A stretch of DNA of 32,000 nucleotides from Pirellula staleyi DSM 6068 (GCA_000025185.1 CP001848.1:2760001-2792000), one strand, 5' to 3'. Shown: positions 7,698 to 18,439, counted from the stretch's first letter. Notes: generated from the sequence alone by a model not told the origin. A program made the numbers and translations.

Positions 7698-8375
7698 ATG
7701 CAGGCCGCAATCATGCTGCTGGTGTTGGCGATTTCCCCCGCCGAGCTTCGAGGTGGGGAAGTCTTGGTGCTTGAGAATTGCAATAGCGTGGTGGAGGGTG
7801 CGACCGCTGGTGATACTGGGCATGTGGCCCTTGTGCTCCGTCGCGATACGGGGCTCTATGTCGCTGAAGCTGCGCCGGCTGAAGTCCGTGTGGTGGCGTG
7901 GGACGACTATTTGGCAGAGCTTGCCAAGCATCAAAATCGTCGCAAGAAAGACGAGCAAATGCGGGTGTGGCTCATCGCCCCTGATCAGCCATTATCGCGC
8001 GAGCAAAAGCTGGCGATCGAAGAGCACGTTGCGTCGCAAGTGGGCCGCCGCTATTCGGTGCTGGGCTATCTGGCGAGTTCGCCGGCCCAGGGTGTCCACT
8101 GCGCTCAGTTTACAGCGGAGTGTTTAACTAAGGCGGGACGTGTCGAAGGCTCCGACTGGCATCGAGTTTCTCCCACCAAGCTCGTCGCCCAACTCGATGC
8201 GAGCTATGGAGAAAAAATTCCCCTGGAACTGCCACCTTATGTGGTGAGTGGGACATGGTGCGAGCGAAGTTCCGCGCGCTGGCGAGAGATTGCCGCTTGG
8301 TGGCGCTGGTCGCTTGGAGAAGTGGCGACACTGCTGCACACCGGTCCACGCCCCGCATTTGGTTTTGCGTGGTAA
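7698..8375 (+). CDS. Putative secreted permuted papain-like amidase (YaeF/YiiX, C92-like)
   Basis: A strong SD-like GGAGAAGGAGA lies 8 nt upstream of ATG 7698. The N-terminus is hydrophobic ('MQAAIMLLVLAIS'). A His block 'DTGHVALVL' precedes a Cys block 'GRRYSVLGY...GVHCAQFTAECL', which is the His-before-Cys order of the permuted NlpC/P60-like family. This is a motif-level call only. Confidence 0.45.
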   Translation: MQAAIMLLVLAISPAELRGGEVLVLENCNSVVEGATAGDTGHVALVLRRDTGLYVAEAAPAEVRVVAWDDYLAELAKHQNRRKKDEQMRVWLIAPDQPLSREQKLAIEEHVASQVGRRYSVLGYLASSPAQGVHCAQFTAECLTKAGRVEGSDWHRVSPTKLVAQLDASYGEKIPLELPPYVVSGTWCERSSARWREIAAWWRWSLGEVATLLHTGPRPAFGFAW

Positions 8376-8404
8376 GGTGCTTGCGCGGATTCGATCAGCC
8401 CAAC

Positions 8405-9241
8405 TTACGCCGCGCGGCGAGCGTGATGCTCGGCCATTTTTGCAGGACAATTGCCCGCCTCATGCGGCTCGACATCGTCGAGAGCTCGCACATCCTGATA
8501 GGCCCAAAGTTTGGCCTCTTTCAGGAACGTGTAGTAGGCAATCAGGGAGCAAACAACGAGCCCCGCTTTGCCGTCGAGAATGCCGCCACGAATCAAATAG
8601 AGCTGCCAGAATCGAATGAACGAGTGTGTAAAAAGCTGATAAAACGACGACTTGCGTCCCTTCTCGTTCCAGTCGAGCGAGGCCCATGTGCTGTAGCGAT
8701 GCTGCCGCTGAATGAAGTGATCGAGATCAACGCACGTGTGATGCACGAGCTTGGATTTCAGCTTACCCACTTTTCCGGTCGAAACTTCAACGTTGGCATG
8801 CACGCGTCGGCTGAGATAGGTGCAAACATCGCGGCGGAATAGTCGCACTAGCGAGGCGGTCGACATGCCGCAGTACTTAATCGAATGCCCCAGAAAGTCG
8901 TTGGCTCGATTTAAGCTATAGCCATCGAACTCGGGCTCACCCTCGAGGATCGCTTTGATTTCTGCAGCTAGTTCCGGAGTCACTCGTTCATCGCTATCGA
9001 CGACCAAGACCCAATCGTTTTCTGCCTGCGGGATTGCCCAGTTTTTGAAATTCGCCGAGTTGATGTACTCTCGCTCGATGATTCGACAGCCGCCAACTTC
9101 TCGCACAATGTCGAGCGTGCCGTCGGTCGAGCCGCTATCGGCGACGAGAATTTCATCGGCGATGTCGCGAACCGATTCGATGCACGCGCGAATGTGGCGC
9201 CGCTCATCCTTGCACGGAATTAGCACCGTTAGTTTGGGCAT
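8405..9241 (-). CDS. Family 2 glycosyltransferase
   Basis: 'KLTVLIPCKDERRHIRACIESV...ILVADSGSTDGT' followed by 'WVLVVDSDERV' (DxD) is the classic GT-A/GT2 N-terminal pattern. 278 aa with an ATG start. Confidence 0.8.
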   Translation of the reverse strand: MPKLTVLIPCKDERRHIRACIESVRDIADEILVADSGSTDGTLDIVREVGGCRIIEREYINSANFKNWAIPQAENDWVLVVDSDERVTPELAAEIKAILEGEPEFDGYSLNRANDFLGHSIKYCGMSTASLVRLFRRDVCTYLSRRVHANVEVSTGKVGKLKSKLVHHTCVDLDHFIQRQHRYSTWASLDWNEKGRKSSFYQLFTHSFIRFWQLYLIRGGILDGKAGLVVCSLIAYYTFLKEAKLWAYQDVRALDDVEPHEAGNCPAKMAEHHARRAA

Positions 9242-9640
9242 GGCTATTTAGCTGCGAAGCTGATGCGGGAGGGGTCGGAAGTCCGTTTCCAATTCACCGG
9301 AGAAAGTACGCGTTAGGGGGCGTTCATGTCAACATCATGCTGCCTGCGGACAACGATCTTGCGGATCTCCTTACGAGCGTTCAGCTTCGGACTTGCATGC
9401 AGTCGCGCGATAGCACTCGCTGCTGTCGTACTACTTTCCCCACTCTGGTTTCCGTTGAAACCGCCCCGCCAACGGTGCTAAAGATTGCGAGTGCTACCGG
9501 CGTCGGCTACGATTCATCCACCTTCGCCATCCCATCCGTTGTGCCCCTCGGTGATGGAGTCAGTGGCCCGTTGTGGCCGTTGCTTCCTCATCAAGCACGT
9601 GCGAAGGAGGCCCCAATTTCCCACCGCCGGAGAATGTGTG

Positions 9641-10924
9641 ATGTGGCGTTTCCTCCCCCGTCGGGCTTCGTCCGTTTTCGCTCTGCTGGCATTGGCTGGC
9701 TTGTTCGTGTCGTCGAGTGCAGTCACAGCACAAGATTGGACCCGCTTTCGTGGGCCCAATGGGAGCGGCGAAAGTGAAGCTGCTGGCATCCCTGCTAGCT
9801 GGACCCATGACGATTTGAACTGGAAGGTGGAACTGCCGGGCGTTGGGCACAGTTCGCCCGTTTTATGGGGCGATAGCATTTTTCTTCTGAGCGCCGATAA
9901 AGAAAAAGCAACCCGCTACGTCATCAGTCTGGACGCTAAAGCAGGAAAAACGAATTGGAAGCGTGAGTTCGCGGGAGAGCCGCACCACCTGCACGTTCGC
10001 AGCAGCTATGCCTCATGCACACCAGCGGTCGACGAGAAACATGTCTACGTCGCTTGGTCGGATCCCAACCGCACGACCCTGATGGCACTCGATCACACTG
10101 GTGCCGACGTTTGGAGCATCGACCTTGGCCCATGGGTCAGCCAGCACGGTTTCGGCACTTCCCCGATGCTCTACGAAGATCTGGTGGTAATCACCTGCTC
10201 GCAAGAGAACTCCAAACGGGCTGGTGATCCCGAGCCTAAAGAGAGTTTTGTCGTTGCTGTCGATAAGAACACCGGCAAGATTCGATGGCGTACCGATCTG
10301 AAACTCGACACCACCAGCTACAGCGTACCGTGCGTTCGAAAAGCTGCTGATGGTCGCGACGAACTTCTGATGTGCAGCACCGGCGAAGGAATTTTCGGGG
10401 TCGATGCCCTATCGGGAAAGATCAATTGGAACGAAACTGTTTTTAACATGCGTACCGTCAGCTCGCCTGTGCTCGTGGGTGGGCTTGTTGTGGGAACCAC
10501 AGGATCGGGTGGCGGCGGCAACTATGTCATCGCCCTCAAACCAGGTCCTCAGCCTGAAATTGCTTACGAAGTACGCAAGGAAGCTCCTTACGTTCCCACG
10601 CCCGTGGCGCGAGGAAACTTGCTCTTCCTTTGGAGTGATAAAGGGATCGTTCATTGCCTCAAGAGTGATACGGGCGAGGAAGTTTGGAAGAAACGGGTCG
10701 GTGGCGTGGGCTACAGTGGCTCGCCGATTCGGGTGCAAGACAAACTGATCTGCGTCGACGAAGCGGGACTTGTGGTTGTTCTCTCAGCGACCGATACCTT
10801 TGCTGAGCTCGCACGTATCGATCTGAAAGAAGAGTGCCGTAGTACGCCTGCGGTTTCGAACGGTCGGCTTTATATACGCACCATTTCGCACCTGTTTAGT
10901 GTGGGTGGCAAGACTGCTAACTAA
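9641..10924 (+). CDS. Secreted PQQ-like (BamB-type) beta-propeller repeat protein
   Basis: I chose ATG 9641 because it gives the signal peptide 'MWRFLPRRASSVFALLALAGLFVSSSAVTAQDW'. This is followed by 'WTRFRGPNGSG' and repeated 'G..W' blades (for example 'DAKAGKTNWK', 'KNTGKIRWR', 'ALSGKINWN', 'SDTGEEVWK'). Confidence 0.75.
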   Translation: MWRFLPRRASSVFALLALAGLFVSSSAVTAQDWTRFRGPNGSGESEAAGIPASWTHDDLNWKVELPGVGHSSPVLWGDSIFLLSADKEKATRYVISLDAKAGKTNWKREFAGEPHHLHVRSSYASCTPAVDEKHVYVAWSDPNRTTLMALDHTGADVWSIDLGPWVSQHGFGTSPMLYEDLVVITCSQENSKRAGDPEPKESFVVAVDKNTGKIRWRTDLKLDTTSYSVPCVRKAADGRDELLMCSTGEGIFGVDALSGKINWNETVFNMRTVSSPVLVGGLVVGTTGSGGGGNYVIALKPGPQPEIAYEVRKEAPYVPTPVARGNLLFLWSDKGIVHCLKSDTGEEVWKKRVGGVGYSGSPIRVQDKLICVDEAGLVVVLSATDTFAELARIDLKEECRSTPAVSNGRLYIRTISHLFSVGGKTAN

Positions 10925-10925
10925 G

Positions 10926-10954
10926 CATGATTTCGAAGGAAATCGTGCTGTTTT
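10926..10954 (+). terminator. Candidate intrinsic terminator after the PQQ-repeat gene
   Basis: The stem is catgatttc (10926-10934) paired with gaaatcgtg (10939-10947): 9 bp with one G-U pair and a GAAG loop. It is followed by ctgTTTT (10951-10954), 2 nt after the stop codon. Confidence 0.45.
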
Positions 10955-10980
10955 GAGAAGATTCGAGTCGCTCGCGCCAT

Positions 10981-13900
10981 ATGCCTCAGACTGATAGTTT
11001 GCATGCACCCACGGGCGCTCGATGGCAGTTTTGGATGGACGTCGGTGGCACTTTCACCGACGTCATTAGTCGCAGCCCCACCGGTGAGACCGCGCGGCGC
11101 AAAGTTCTCTCGGCTGCCACGATCAAAGGAGCCGGGCAGCTCTTCGATTCACTCACCATCGTCGACCCGGCGCGTATTGAAGTCGATCACTTCTGGGCTG
11201 GCTATCGCTGCCTGATCTTGGTGGGGGATAAACCTCCAATCGATGCTGGCCTGATTTCGTCTTCGACGAGTCGCGGAGAGCTGCGTCTCCAGCAAGCGAT
11301 TCCTCCAGAGCTCCTGAACGCGGTGAGCGACGGAAAACTACGCTACGAGATCGAGTCGCCCGAGGATTCACCCATACTCGCGATTCGCTTAACGCTGCAA
11401 CTGGCGCTCGCGGCACCGATTCCTCCCCTCGATCTTCGACTCGGAACAACGCGTGGCACCAACGCGCTGCTGACGCGTAGCGGCGCGCGAACAGCACTCC
11501 TGATTACCAAAGGCTTTCGCGACGCCCTGGCGATTGGCAACCAAAATCGACCACAGCTTTTTGCGCTACGTCCCGTCAAGCAGTTCCCCTTAACGCAAAC
11601 GATCCTGGAGATCGACGAGCGACTCGATGCGGAGGGAAATGTCCTGCAGAAGCTCGACGAGCAAGCAGCTCGCGCGATGATCGGCCTCCTGAAGCAGCAG
11701 CAAATCGAGTCGCTGGCTATCTGCCTGCTGCATGCTCACAAGAATCCGGTCCACGAACAGCGTTTGCAACTCTTTGCCGAAATGGCTGGCTTTCAAGACA
11801 TCAGTGTGTCGAGCGCCGTTTGGCCTCTCATGAAACTCATTCCACGGGGCGACACGACGGTCGTGGATGCCTATCTCGGACCTGTGATACGCAAGTATGT
11901 CGAACAGCTCCGCAGTAAACTTCCTGGTTCCCAGCTTCAGCTAATGACGTCGGCTGGTGGACTGGCCGAGAGCCGTTTTTTCCGGGGGAAAGATAGTCTT
12001 CTCTCAGGACCTGCTGGAGGAGTGATCGGTGTCGAGCGTGTGGCTCGCGCGGCTGATGTTGGCCCTGCGATTGGGTTCGACATGGGAGGGACTAGTACCG
12101 ACGTCTGCCGCAGCACCGAGGCACGCAAGCTCCGCACCGAATCGACCATTGCTGGCGTCCGCGTGAATGTTCCTCATCTTCCCATCGATACGATCGCCGC
12201 TGGTGGCGGTTCCATTTGTCGATTCGATGCGAGTCGTCTCGTGGTGGGGCCCGAGAGCGCTGGAGCACATCCAGGTCCAGCCTGCTACGGTCGCGGTGGT
12301 CCACTAACGATCACCGACTGCAATCTCGTTACCGGACGGCTTCTCGAGAATGCGTTTGCCTTTCCGCTCGACAAACCGTCGGCGCTGGCAAAGCTCGCCG
12401 CCATCGCGCAGCAAATCGAGCAACAGACAGCGCAGTGCATGTCGCTCGAGGAGATTGCCGAAGGGTTTCTCCGCATTGCGAACACAAAAATGGCAGCCGC
12501 CATTCGTCTTCTCGCGCGCGATAGTGATCTCCGCGAATTCACTCTCGTCGCGTTTGGTTCTGCTGCGGGGCAACATGCCACCAGCGTGGCTACTGAACTT
12601 GGGATGACACGTGTTCTGGTCCATCCCGACGCTGGCGTGATGAGCGCTTTGGGTATCGGTCTCGCCGATGTCGTGAAGCATCAAACGAGCGGAATCTATC
12701 GATTGTTCGCGACGATCTCCTCCGAGGAGATGCAGTCGATCTTGGTTGCGCTCGAGCAGCAGGCTATCGAGCAAGTGGTTGCCGAAGGAATTGCTCGCGA
12801 GGAGGTCGAGACGTTTCACTCGCTCGACCTGCGCTACCAAGGGACCGATCAGCCACTTCGCATTGAATCCGCTTCGCATGGCGACCGCAGTGCCGATTGG
12901 CCACTCCTGTTTGCCCACGCACATCAGCAGACATTTGGGTACGTGCAAGAGCGTCCGCTCGAAGTGGTTGCCGCGCATGTGATGGCGATCGGAAGGTCAC
13001 AGCAAGCGTTGCCTCGATCACGTCGCGCCACACCTGTAGCCGGATCTTCGTCGTCGCAGCAGCCGGTCTGGATGGGTGGAAAACAGCAAAATGTCCCTGT
13101 TTTTCAGCGATTTCAGCAGCAGGCTGGTGTGATCGTTCAGGGGCCTGCACTACTGACCGAACCACTAACGGTGGTTGTTGTGCCCGAACAATGGCAAGCA
13201 ACCATGCTGAGTGGTGGAGAGTGGCTACTCGAAGCGACTCGAGCGCCGCAGCAGCTGGAAGATCGCTCGGCAACTGCCGTGAGTGAATCGCCGATCGATC
13301 CAGTGTTGCTCGAAGTCGTGAATTTGCAGCTCGCTATTGCAGCCGAACAAATGGGGGAAGCTCTTCGCAGCACAAGCGTGAGCGTGAATGTCAAAGAGCG
13401 ACTCGATTACAGCACAGCGATCTTCGACGCCAGCGGTAATCTTGTCGCAACCGCAGCGCATATCCCGGTGCATCTGGGGGCGATGAGTGAAACGGTCAAG
13501 CAACTGCTCCTCGACTTCCCCGACCTTGCGCCGGGAGATGCCCTGATAACGAACGATCCATATCGCGGTGGCTCGCACTTGCCCGACGTCACCGTGGTGA
13601 CCCCCATTTTCGATGCATCGAATCAGCTTCAGGCCTTTGTTGCCAATCGAGCTCATCACGCTGAAATTGGGGGAATTACTCCAGGATCGATGCCCGCCTT
13701 CTCAAAGAATCTGGCCGAGGAAGGAGTATTGCTCCGTGGTCAAAAACTGATCGATCGGGGCATTTCGCAATTCGATGCCATTGCTCGCCAGCTCCGTTCG
13801 GGAAGCTATCCGACACGTGCGTTGGCTGATAATCTTGCCGACCTGCGTGCTCAAGTCGCTGCCAATCGACGGGGAGAAAAGGAGCTGCAGTCGCTGGCAG

Positions 13901-14844
13901 AGAATTGGAGTTGGCCAGTTCTATCCCGCTACTTTATGGCGCTGCAGGACTCTGCGGCGATGAAAGTTCGCGGAGCACTCGCCCAGCTTCCGCAGGGGAC
14001 GAAGCGTTTTACGGATCACCTCGATGATGGAACGCCAATCTCGGTCGCGATGACTATCGAGAACGAGTCGATTGTGATCGACTTTGCTGGGACAGGGTCT
14101 GTTTCAAGCGGAAATCTCAATGCCAATCGCGCGATTGTATCGGCCGCTGTCCTCTATGTTTTGCGACTCCTCGTTCAAGACGACTTGCCGCTGAACCAAG
14201 GGATGCTCGCTCCAGTAACCCTGCTGATTCCAGAAGGGTTACTGTCTCCGCAAGCAACCAACGCGCCGGAAACCTCGCCCGCGATCGTCGGCGGGAACGT
14301 TGAAACCTCCCAGCGCATTGTTGATGTGTTGCTAGGCGCGCTTGGCATTGCCGCAGCGAGTCAAGGGACGATGAACAATCTGCTGTTTGGAAATAGCAAG
14401 TTCGGCTACTACGAAACGATTTGTGGTGGAAGCGGTGCGACGGCCGAGGGGCCCGGCGCCGATGCGCTCCATACCCACATGACGAACACGCGGCTGACCG
14501 ACCCAGAAGTCCTCGAGCATCGTTTTCCGGTGCGACTCCATAAGTTGGCGATTCGTCGAGGGAGTGGCGGCGAAGGTGAACATCGGGGTGGTCATGGTGT
14601 GATTCGAGAGATCGAGATGCTTGAGCCTCTGACGGTTTCACTCGTCACACAGCGTCGCGGTCCCTATGCGCCGTATGGTACTGCGGGTGGCATGCCTGGA
14701 GCGTTAGGCAAAAATCTCGTGATTCGCCGAGACGGCCAAGCTGCCGAACTGCCAAGCAGTGTAACCCTCGAACTCGAAGCGGGGGATCGACTGCGCATCG
14801 AAACTCCGGGGGGCGGCGGCTGGGGTGCACCGACACCAGACTAA
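10981..14844 (+). CDS. Fused hydantoinase/oxoprolinase (HyuA + HyuB domains), 5-oxoprolinase-like
   Basis: 1287 aa. The N-terminus '[15 protein letters not shown]' is the hydantoinase A signature. The C-terminal half has '[22 protein letters not shown]' and 'GGGGWG', typical of the hydantoinase B/oxoprolinase domain. The length matches single-chain ATP-dependent 5-oxoprolinases. Confidence 0.9.
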   Translation: MPQTDSLHAPTGARWQFWMDVGGTFTDVISRSPTGETARRKVLSAATIKGAGQLFDSLTIVDPARIEVDHFWAGYRCLILVGDKPPIDAGLISSSTSRGELRLQQAIPPELLNAVSDGKLRYEIESPEDSPILAIRLTLQLALAAPIPPLDLRLGTTRGTNALLTRSGARTALLITKGFRDALAIGNQNRPQLFALRPVKQFPLTQTILEIDERLDAEGNVLQKLDEQAARAMIGLLKQQQIESLAICLLHAHKNPVHEQRLQLFAEMAGFQDISVSSAVWPLMKLIPRGDTTVVDAYLGPVIRKYVEQLRSKLPGSQLQLMTSAGGLAESRFFRGKDSLLSGPAGGVIGVERVARAADVGPAIGFDMGGTSTDVCRSTEARKLRTESTIAGVRVNVPHLPIDTIAAGGGSICRFDASRLVVGPESAGAHPGPACYGRGGPLTITDCNLVTGRLLENAFAFPLDKPSALAKLAAIAQQIEQQTAQCMSLEEIAEGFLRIANTKMAAAIRLLARDSDLREFTLVAFGSAAGQHATSVATELGMTRVLVHPDAGVMSALGIGLADVVKHQTSGIYRLFATISSEEMQSILVALEQQAIEQVVAEGIAREEVETFHSLDLRYQGTDQPLRIESASHGDRSADWPLLFAHAHQQTFGYVQERPLEVVAAHVMAIGRSQQALPRSRRATPVAGSSSSQQPVWMGGKQQNVPVFQRFQQQAGVIVQGPALLTEPLTVVVVPEQWQATMLSGGEWLLEATRAPQQLEDRSATAVSESPIDPVLLEVVNLQLAIAAEQMGEALRSTSVSVNVKERLDYSTAIFDASGNLVATAAHIPVHLGAMSETVKQLLLDFPDLAPGDALITNDPYRGGSHLPDVTVVTPIFDASNQLQAFVANRAHHAEIGGITPGSMPAFSKNLAEEGVLLRGQKLIDRGISQFDAIARQLRSGSYPTRALADNLADLRAQVAANRRGEKELQSLAENWSWPVLSRYFMALQDSAAMKVRGALAQLPQGTKRFTDHLDDGTPISVAMTIENESIVIDFAGTGSVSSGNLNANRAIVSAAVLYVLRLLVQDDLPLNQGMLAPVTLLIPEGLLSPQATNAPETSPAIVGGNVETSQRIVDVLLGALGIAAASQGTMNNLLFGNSKFGYYETICGGSGATAEGPGADALHTHMTNTRLTDPEVLEHRFPVRLHKLAIRRGSGGEGEHRGGHGVIREIEMLEPLTVSLVTQRRGPYAPYGTAGGMPGALGKNLVIRRDGQAAELPSSVTLELEAGDRLRIETPGGGGWGAPTPD

Positions 14845-16487
14845 TTGGTAGCGGCTGGTTCTTTCTTTGCGTCGCCGCTCGAAGTTTCAGCGGCCGGCTC
14901 CTCTGTTCGCGACGTGCGGACGAGTTTTCGCTCGACAAGATCAACTACATCGCCTGCCTTGAAACGCTGGTAATCATCGAGCGTGACCTCGCGATCCTTA
15001 GGTGCCGCGAGCAAATGAAACGCTCCTTTCCCCAGCACCTCTGCTTCGCGCTTGGTGACAGCAATCGCCGTCGCTTCATCGAGACCAATGCCGGTCAGCT
15101 GCGGAAATGTTTTGATGACCCCAAGTAAATCAGTTTCCCGTTTTCGCTCGGCAAAGTGCTGGTCGATCACCGTTCCTGGTAGGAACTTAAATCCCTCCTC
15201 ATATCCTTCCGACATCATCTCGAAATTGCCAAGCGGGCTACCTCGACTCAAATACTCTCCTTGAATGGTTGCCCCTGCGCTGCTTCCACCGATCACACCA
15301 CCACGCTCGAGCACGGCATGAAACAGTTCATAAGCCCGCGTGTTCTCATAGGTGTCGACAAATCGCCATTGTCGTCCACCACCAAACCAAACACCTTTGG
15401 CTTCGCGAAGTACTTCAGCAAACTTGTCGCTGTTGACATCCTCGAGTTCGTACTCCGGCATCACGCGAACATTCTTTGCACCGAAACGTTTGAAAAAGTT
15501 CCCTTCGGACGGCGAGACCTCTTGGGGCGGAACCGCTGTCGGAAGGACGACAATCAAACCATCCGGCCCCCCGGCAAGTTCGATGAACTTCTCCGTAATC
15601 TCCTTGGGCATGCCACCTCCACCCACGATCACGAGCGATCCATGTTTCACTTCGGGGGTTGCTAATTGGGCAGGGAGTTTTTCGCCACGTTGCCTCCTCT
15701 GTGCTGCGCGAGCCAGGGCCACCAAATCATGCTGCTTCCCTGGTTGCAGTATCGTTATGCGATCATTTTCCCCGGGAAAACCTGAGGAAAAAATCGCAAG
15801 TGGTTCGCCTCCCAGGTTCACGATGCTGCGCTGCGAAATCGCGAGGACCGTGGTCGGTTGGAAGACGAATTGCAGCAACTTTTGAGCATCGCGCTTGGGG
15901 ATCTCGACGTTGGACAATTCTTTGTACGATCGAACGAACGCAAACTGCACGTGAGGGACGAGTGATGGTCGTGTGGGGGGCGAAAATTGCTCGATCAACC
16001 AAGGTGCTGCACTACCGCTAACGGAGATCACGCAGTCACTAGCAAGTTTGGATTCGAGCAACGCAGCTAACTTAGAATCTGCCGCAAGTTGGGGTAGCGG
16101 AGTTTTGGTACTTGCTGAAACCCAAATGCCAGTGGCATCCCGCAAGGTGTCCAGAGCCGAGGTCTCTTCAAGCTTCTCAAGCCCGCCTACAGCAAGCTCG
16201 GTAACAGAATCAACTTCCAAAGCGGGGACTTTGAGCGAGTTGGCATCGCCGATCTTGATTGCCACGATCTTGGTGTTCTTCCCACGAGCACGGCGGAGAA
16301 AGTAACGATTCTGATCGGGAATCAAGTCATCGGAGGGATTGATCACCAGTTCGCAGCGAGCGCCCCGTGGATCAATTCGAAGAGGTGCCTCTTCGCCGAG
16401 CAAAGAGTTCGCGGGGAGCATCGAAAGCGCGACTACCAGCGAAAGTGAGAGTGGCCTCAATGCAATTCTCCCTGGAACTGTTTTCAA
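14841..16487 (-). CDS. Secreted cyanophycinase-like peptidase (family S51) with a long N-terminal extension
   Basis: The C-terminal half has 'LVIVGGGG', 'GVWFGGGRQW' and the nucleophile block 'GGVIGGSSAGATIQG', which is the S51 pattern. The N-terminus 'KTVPGRIALRPLSLSLVVALSMLPANS' is signal-like. The only start available is TTG 16487, 3 nt after the M50 stop, so the start position is uncertain. Confidence 0.7.
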   Translation of the reverse strand: MKTVPGRIALRPLSLSLVVALSMLPANSLLGEEAPLRIDPRGARCELVINPSDDLIPDQNRYFLRRARGKNTKIVAIKIGDANSLKVPALEVDSVTELAVGGLEKLEETSALDTLRDATGIWVSASTKTPLPQLAADSKLAALLESKLASDCVISVSGSAAPWLIEQFSPPTRPSLVPHVQFAFVRSYKELSNVEIPKRDAQKLLQFVFQPTTVLAISQRSIVNLGGEPLAIFSSGFPGENDRITILQPGKQHDLVALARAAQRRQRGEKLPAQLATPEVKHGSLVIVGGGGMPKEITEKFIELAGGPDGLIVVLPTAVPPQEVSPSEGNFFKRFGAKNVRVMPEYELEDVNSDKFAEVLREAKGVWFGGGRQWRFVDTYENTRAYELFHAVLERGGVIGGSSAGATIQGEYLSRGSPLGNFEMMSEGYEEGFKFLPGTVIDQHFAERKRETDLLGVIKTFPQLTGIGLDEATAIAVTKREAEVLGKGAFHLLAAPKDREVTLDDYQRFKAGDVVDLVERKLVRTSRTEEPAAETSSGDAKKEPAATN

Positions 16488-16490
16488 ACT

Positions 16491-17561
16491 TCAGAACCAA
16501 GCACGGGGTGCGAAGCAGAGGATCGGAATGGCAAGCGAAAGGAGTCCGATCAGCCAACGATGCCAGCCCATCGCCACGCTGTCGTCGCTCGAGGGGGGAT
16601 GGTCGGTTCCCAGCATCAAAACCAGAATCGCCATCAGCATCCACTGGAACTGCAGCGTGTACGAAATGTAGGCGAAGACCAGCACCATGAAGATCCGTGC
16701 GATCCAGTGGGCATAGCGGCCAAACAATCCGTATGTCACGTGGCCGCCATCGAGTTGACTCACCGGCATCATGTTGAGTCCAGTGAAAAACAGCCCGGCC
16801 CAGCCCGCCATGAAAAATGGATTCACCTGGCCTATCGATACGCTTGTCACCTGCTCGGTCGCCTCCGTCGTAGCGGTGATCATCCAGCGTGCAGCTAGTG
16901 GAAGATCGAGGTTCACACCTCCGCTTGGTGGCTGCTGGAGGTCGAGGTTTTGAGAACCGTACCATAAGATCGGTAGCGCCACGATGAGCCCCGCGATGGG
17001 CCCCGCGAGTCCAAGATCAAATATCTCGCGACGATTAGCACGGTGCGCTTCGAGGGCGATCACAGCCCCCATCGTTCCAATCGGAGCGATCGGCATGGGG
17101 ATGAAAAAGGGGAGCGACGCGCGAATACGGTAGTAAACCGCGAACGCGAAATGTCCCATTTCGTGCGTGAAAAGAATGCCGAGCATGCAGAGCATGTAGA
17201 TCAGGCCGTCGTCCCAATGGGCCAGCACAGCCCGGCGTACTGGCGTCAGGTCCATCCCCTCGATGGGACGCCCGGTCATCGTATCCACAAAGCATCTGGC
17301 GATCGTCTCTTGGGGCATCCAGCGTGTCGTACCTGCAAAAAAAGTCGACACGCAGGTGAGCAGGAACAAGATGATCGGAAGTCGCAGGCGAACCGGTCGC
17401 GTCGGAGCGGAGCGTTTGGAGTTTGTTGCGTACTCAACGCCATCTTCTACCGCGAGTTCTGCCGAAGTTGCGGGAGAACTGGGCGCAAGAGATGTTTCCG
17501 CCTCACCCGTGGGTGGAGTTTCGTCTTGAACTTCGGTGCTGCTCGAGAGCGATTTCATCAT
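16491..17561 (-). CDS. M50 family site-2-protease-like intramembrane metalloprotease
   Basis: 'THEMGHFAFA' (HExxH) sits in a TM helix and 'NMMPVSQLDGGHV' is the second metal-ligand motif. There are multiple TM helices. I chose ATG 17561 ('MMKSL'); the track start 17621 is a TTG lying 2 nt after the upstream stop and remains possible. Confidence 0.85.
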   Translation of the reverse strand: MMKSLSSSTEVQDETPPTGEAETSLAPSSPATSAELAVEDGVEYATNSKRSAPTRPVRLRLPIILFLLTCVSTFFAGTTRWMPQETIARCFVDTMTGRPIEGMDLTPVRRAVLAHWDDGLIYMLCMLGILFTHEMGHFAFAVYYRIRASLPFFIPMPIAPIGTMGAVIALEAHRANRREIFDLGLAGPIAGLIVALPILWYGSQNLDLQQPPSGGVNLDLPLAARWMITATTEATEQVTSVSIGQVNPFFMAGWAGLFFTGLNMMPVSQLDGGHVTYGLFGRYAHWIARIFMVLVFAYISYTLQFQWMLMAILVLMLGTDHPPSSDDSVAMGWHRWLIGLLSLAIPILCFAPRAWF

Positions 17562-17623
17562 TGCACCATACCACGCTGGCAATGGTTGGTGCCATCGGGG
17601 AGGAGGCTTCGGAGGGGGCAATA

Positions 17624-18439
17624 CTAGTGGGTTACGCCCCAGAGTTTTTCAAACAGCGTGAGGAGAATCTCAAAGCAGATGAGGCCGACAATATACCACT
17701 CCACACGATGCGACCGGCCCGTTTGGAGGAGTTCGAGGGCCGTTTGTACGGTCCGAGAGATGAGTTCGAGTTTGCGATTCACCGCTTTGGCTCGCTCTAC
17801 CAGTTCGAATTCATCGCGGACTCGAAGAAACAGCCGCTCGAGCGTGGGATGGTCCCACAAGAGTTCGGGGGTGTCGTCGAGTTGCAGACGCCCGACCATT
17901 TGCTGCTCCATCAGCAGCGTACTTCCCAGATGCTTTAGAAGTTCGCTCGCCGCTTTGCCACTAAGGCCTTGCGTATCGAGGTTGGCGGCAAAAGGCTCGA
18001 TGCGGTCGAACGTCTGACTAACGATTTGCTCGTAGCGGGCCAGGACCACGCTTTTACAGAGGACGTCGGCCACGATTTGCAGTCGTTCGGCGGAAGCATC
18101 TTTCAGCAGAACGCAGCTTCCTTCCATCAACTCTTTCGCATCGGGATCGATACGAACTTGGAGCGTTTCTCGTTCTCGGTCGCTACTGGGGTTTTGGACG
18201 CGCGGCTGAAGCTCGCGCAGGAAGGCATCTTCTTCGAGCGGTTTAACATCAAACAGGCAAAGAGCGCCGTACCGAAACAGTACCGCAGCGCCGCCACCTC
18301 GTACGGAAAGAACGAGCGGACCGCCGGCATAACGCTGCTGACTTCCGAGGGCCCGCAGATCGATCCGATCGCCCATCAAGATTGCGTTGGCCGAGAACTC
18401 CGAGGTTCCGCTTGCCAAAAGTAGTTCGCCCGCATCCAT
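17624..18439 (-). CDS. DUF155 / RMD1-family protein
   Basis: 'AVLFRYGALCLFDVKPLEEDAFLREL' together with a C-terminal coiled region and a terminal TM 'HRVEWYIVGLICFEILLTLFEKLW' matches the RMD1 (DUF155) family layout. 271 aa with an ATG start. Confidence 0.7.
   Translation of the reverse strand: MDAGELLLASGTSEFSANAILMGDRIDLRALGSQQRYAGGPLVLSVRGGGAAVLFRYGALCLFDVKPLEEDAFLRELQPRVQNPSSDRERETLQVRIDPDAKELMEGSCVLLKDASAERLQIVADVLCKSVVLARYEQIVSQTFDRIEPFAANLDTQGLSGKAASELLKHLGSTLLMEQQMVGRLQLDDTPELLWDHPTLERLFLRVRDEFELVERAKAVNRKLELISRTVQTALELLQTGRSHRVEWYIVGLICFEILLTLFEKLWGVTH

Noticed and set aside
7493-7783. The 97-aa N-terminal extension of track ORF 6233..7783 (MQFSSTKTSPP...).
   Set aside because: The GTPase P-loop begins about 15 residues after the internal Met at 7492, as expected for COG0523 proteins. 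The extension has no family features. It would also cover the divergent promoter region and overlap the 7698 gene.
9485-9640. The upstream TTG-initiated extension of the PQQ-repeat ORF, and the overlapping ORF 9337..9777.
   Set aside because: ATG 9641 yields a textbook signal peptide. The extension is Pro/Ser/Cys-rich with no features. The 146-aa ORF is out of frame with the well-supported propeller gene.
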